Position numbers and translations under genes: made by a program. Below the pieces are notes generated by a model, which saw nothing but the letters and a program-made list of their open reading frames with translations, ran no database searches and had not been told where the DNA came from. From Vicugna vicugna (taxonomy: Eukaryota): 64,000 nt of DNA. Of the stretch, positions 62,546-64,000 are shown in pieces; position 1 is the stretch's first letter, and each line of letters starts with the position of its first letter. The stretch lies in NCBI GenBank assembly GCA_013265495.1, contig MU063444.1, positions 1,624,195-1,688,194 on the forward strand, read 5' to 3'.

Positions 62546-63814
62546 ATCAACTGAAGCCAAAGAAAAATTCATACTGTTAATGATTTCTTTTTTCTAACAC
62601 CTGAGGTGTTTTCTGATGGACCACTGCTGCTTCCCAAAGTAATTCCTTGCCAAATACAACCTCTCTCACTGTAAGAGGCTAAGGATGGTCAGGCCGTCAG
62701 AAGTTCTTGGATGCGCTAGTGCATAATCATATGCAGAAGAGCATGAACTTTGGCTCATTATCCCAGGTGCAAAGGACACAAACGATGCTCTCCTGGACCA
62801 TATAACACCTACACTTGTAGCACCTAGAGGTCAAAGGCCTGACACAAGCCAGTATGTCCTCAGCCAGCAACTGACTAGGCAGCGCTTCGCCTTATGGGTT
62901 TACAGCCAGCAAAAAACCCCCCCACACTACTGAGAACAGTGCACCTGTCATTTGATTCAGCTAATGAATGGAAGAATCAGACACCTAAGTAGGATCATAC
63001 ACCATCCACAGCAAGTGACATTCAGCTTAAAATGCAATTGATGAAAAATAATACTTGGCTTACAAGGCTAACATATAAACTCAAACCAGAAAGCTACTTT
63101 AACACTTAAAAAAATTGGCTTTTGAGTTTCTGACGGATGAACTAACTATTTCAGTTTTTCTGTCAATAAGGAGAGAGAACATTGGGATTCAAAGGACAAA
63201 AGCAGTAATTTGGGCAAGAGTTTAAAGATAAAATAGTTAAGAGTTTAAAGCTTTCCATTCAACCCGTACTGGTCAGTCCCCAAAAGTGAGAGAGAATTTC
63301 AACACAATGCCATCACTGTCCCCCCTTGTTTTCCTATTTTTAACATAAACGAACTAACCAGAATTAGTGCTGTCTGGAAATAGAGATCTTCCTAGTCTCA
63401 TTTTTCTTCCCCATAAGTCAAAAAGTAAGTAAGACTTTGATCTAGAAGTTAAGAAGCCAGGTTCCCAGCTTCCATAGTTATGCCTCCTGTCATGGAAGAT
63501 TATTAAATCACTGAGCTATTAGGTTTCCCTTCTCCAGACTGTATGTTAGAGAAGGGATGGCCCTGGGGAGGTTGTAAACTTTCCTGAATACTGGGAGTCC
63601 TCCAATCAGAGAGCGTCAAACAGAAGAAATGTTCAAAGTACTTCAGAACTGGTGTGGCATGGGACTGAGCAGTCAGAATGGGCACCGTGGCCAATCCCAA
63701 GTGGTGCTGGTCTGAGTGCTTGGTTGGCTCTCAGCCTGGGGTAAAGCATCAGGTTTGGAATATATGAACTCTTTAGAGAATCACAGAGGGTTATAAGGAA
63801 TCTCAACAATTCAG

Positions 63815-64000
63815 TGAGTTGGTGGGGTGGAACGTTTGCAAAAATAGCTATAATTACCCTCCTCTCTGTACCTACACCAGACACTGACCCTGCAGCATCT
63901 CCCGTCAAGAGCTGGAGTCTATTTCCCACTCTTGAATCTGGACTGCCCGTGACTTGCTTTGGCCAGTAGGATGTGATGGAAGTGATAGTGTACCAGTTTC
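63815..64000 (+). mobile_element. MLT1-type (ERVL-MaLR) LTR, cut by the window end
   Basis: ctcccgtcaagagctggagtctatttcccactcttgaatctgg...gtgacttgctttggccagtaggatgtg. Confidence 0.75.

Noticed and set aside
42488-64000. Numerous short ORFs in the ULK4 intron (e.g. 48102-48668, 56788-57444)
   Set aside because: Same GC-driven chance ORFs or repeat-derived; no homology or exon structure found

Overview
Mammalian genomic DNA, most likely camelid (alpaca/llama/camel), inferred from a Vic-1-like tRNA-derived SINE and matching young L1 3' ends. The + strand carries CTNNB1 (beta-catenin) from inside intron 1 to the poly(A) site. All 14 coding exons (exons 2-15, ATG 14875, stop inferred at 26320-26322) can be placed with GT-AG ends and sum to 2346 nt (781 aa). 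The - strand carries the last two exons of ULK4 (35359-35274 and 32647-32584), convergent with CTNNB1 about 5 kb away; 35360-64000 is ULK4 intron. The remainder is mostly L1, L2, MIR, MER5/MER58, Tigger and LTR remnants. I found no new protein-coding system. The main leads are: (1) a candidate enhancer at about 53.4-55.1 kb in the ULK4 intron with a dense TCF/LEF cluster, a perfect DR5 element, AP-1 and DR1 sites, possibly a beta-catenin feedback element; (2) five N blocks that all fall on CTNNB1 exons or 3'UTR and keep orthologous lengths, so they look like in-place masking rather than true gaps; (3) a preserved 370-aa back-splice ORF for circ-beta-catenin; (4) CpG gain at synonymous sites in exons 4, 12 and 13. 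Human comparisons and repeat family names are from memory and need database confirmation.
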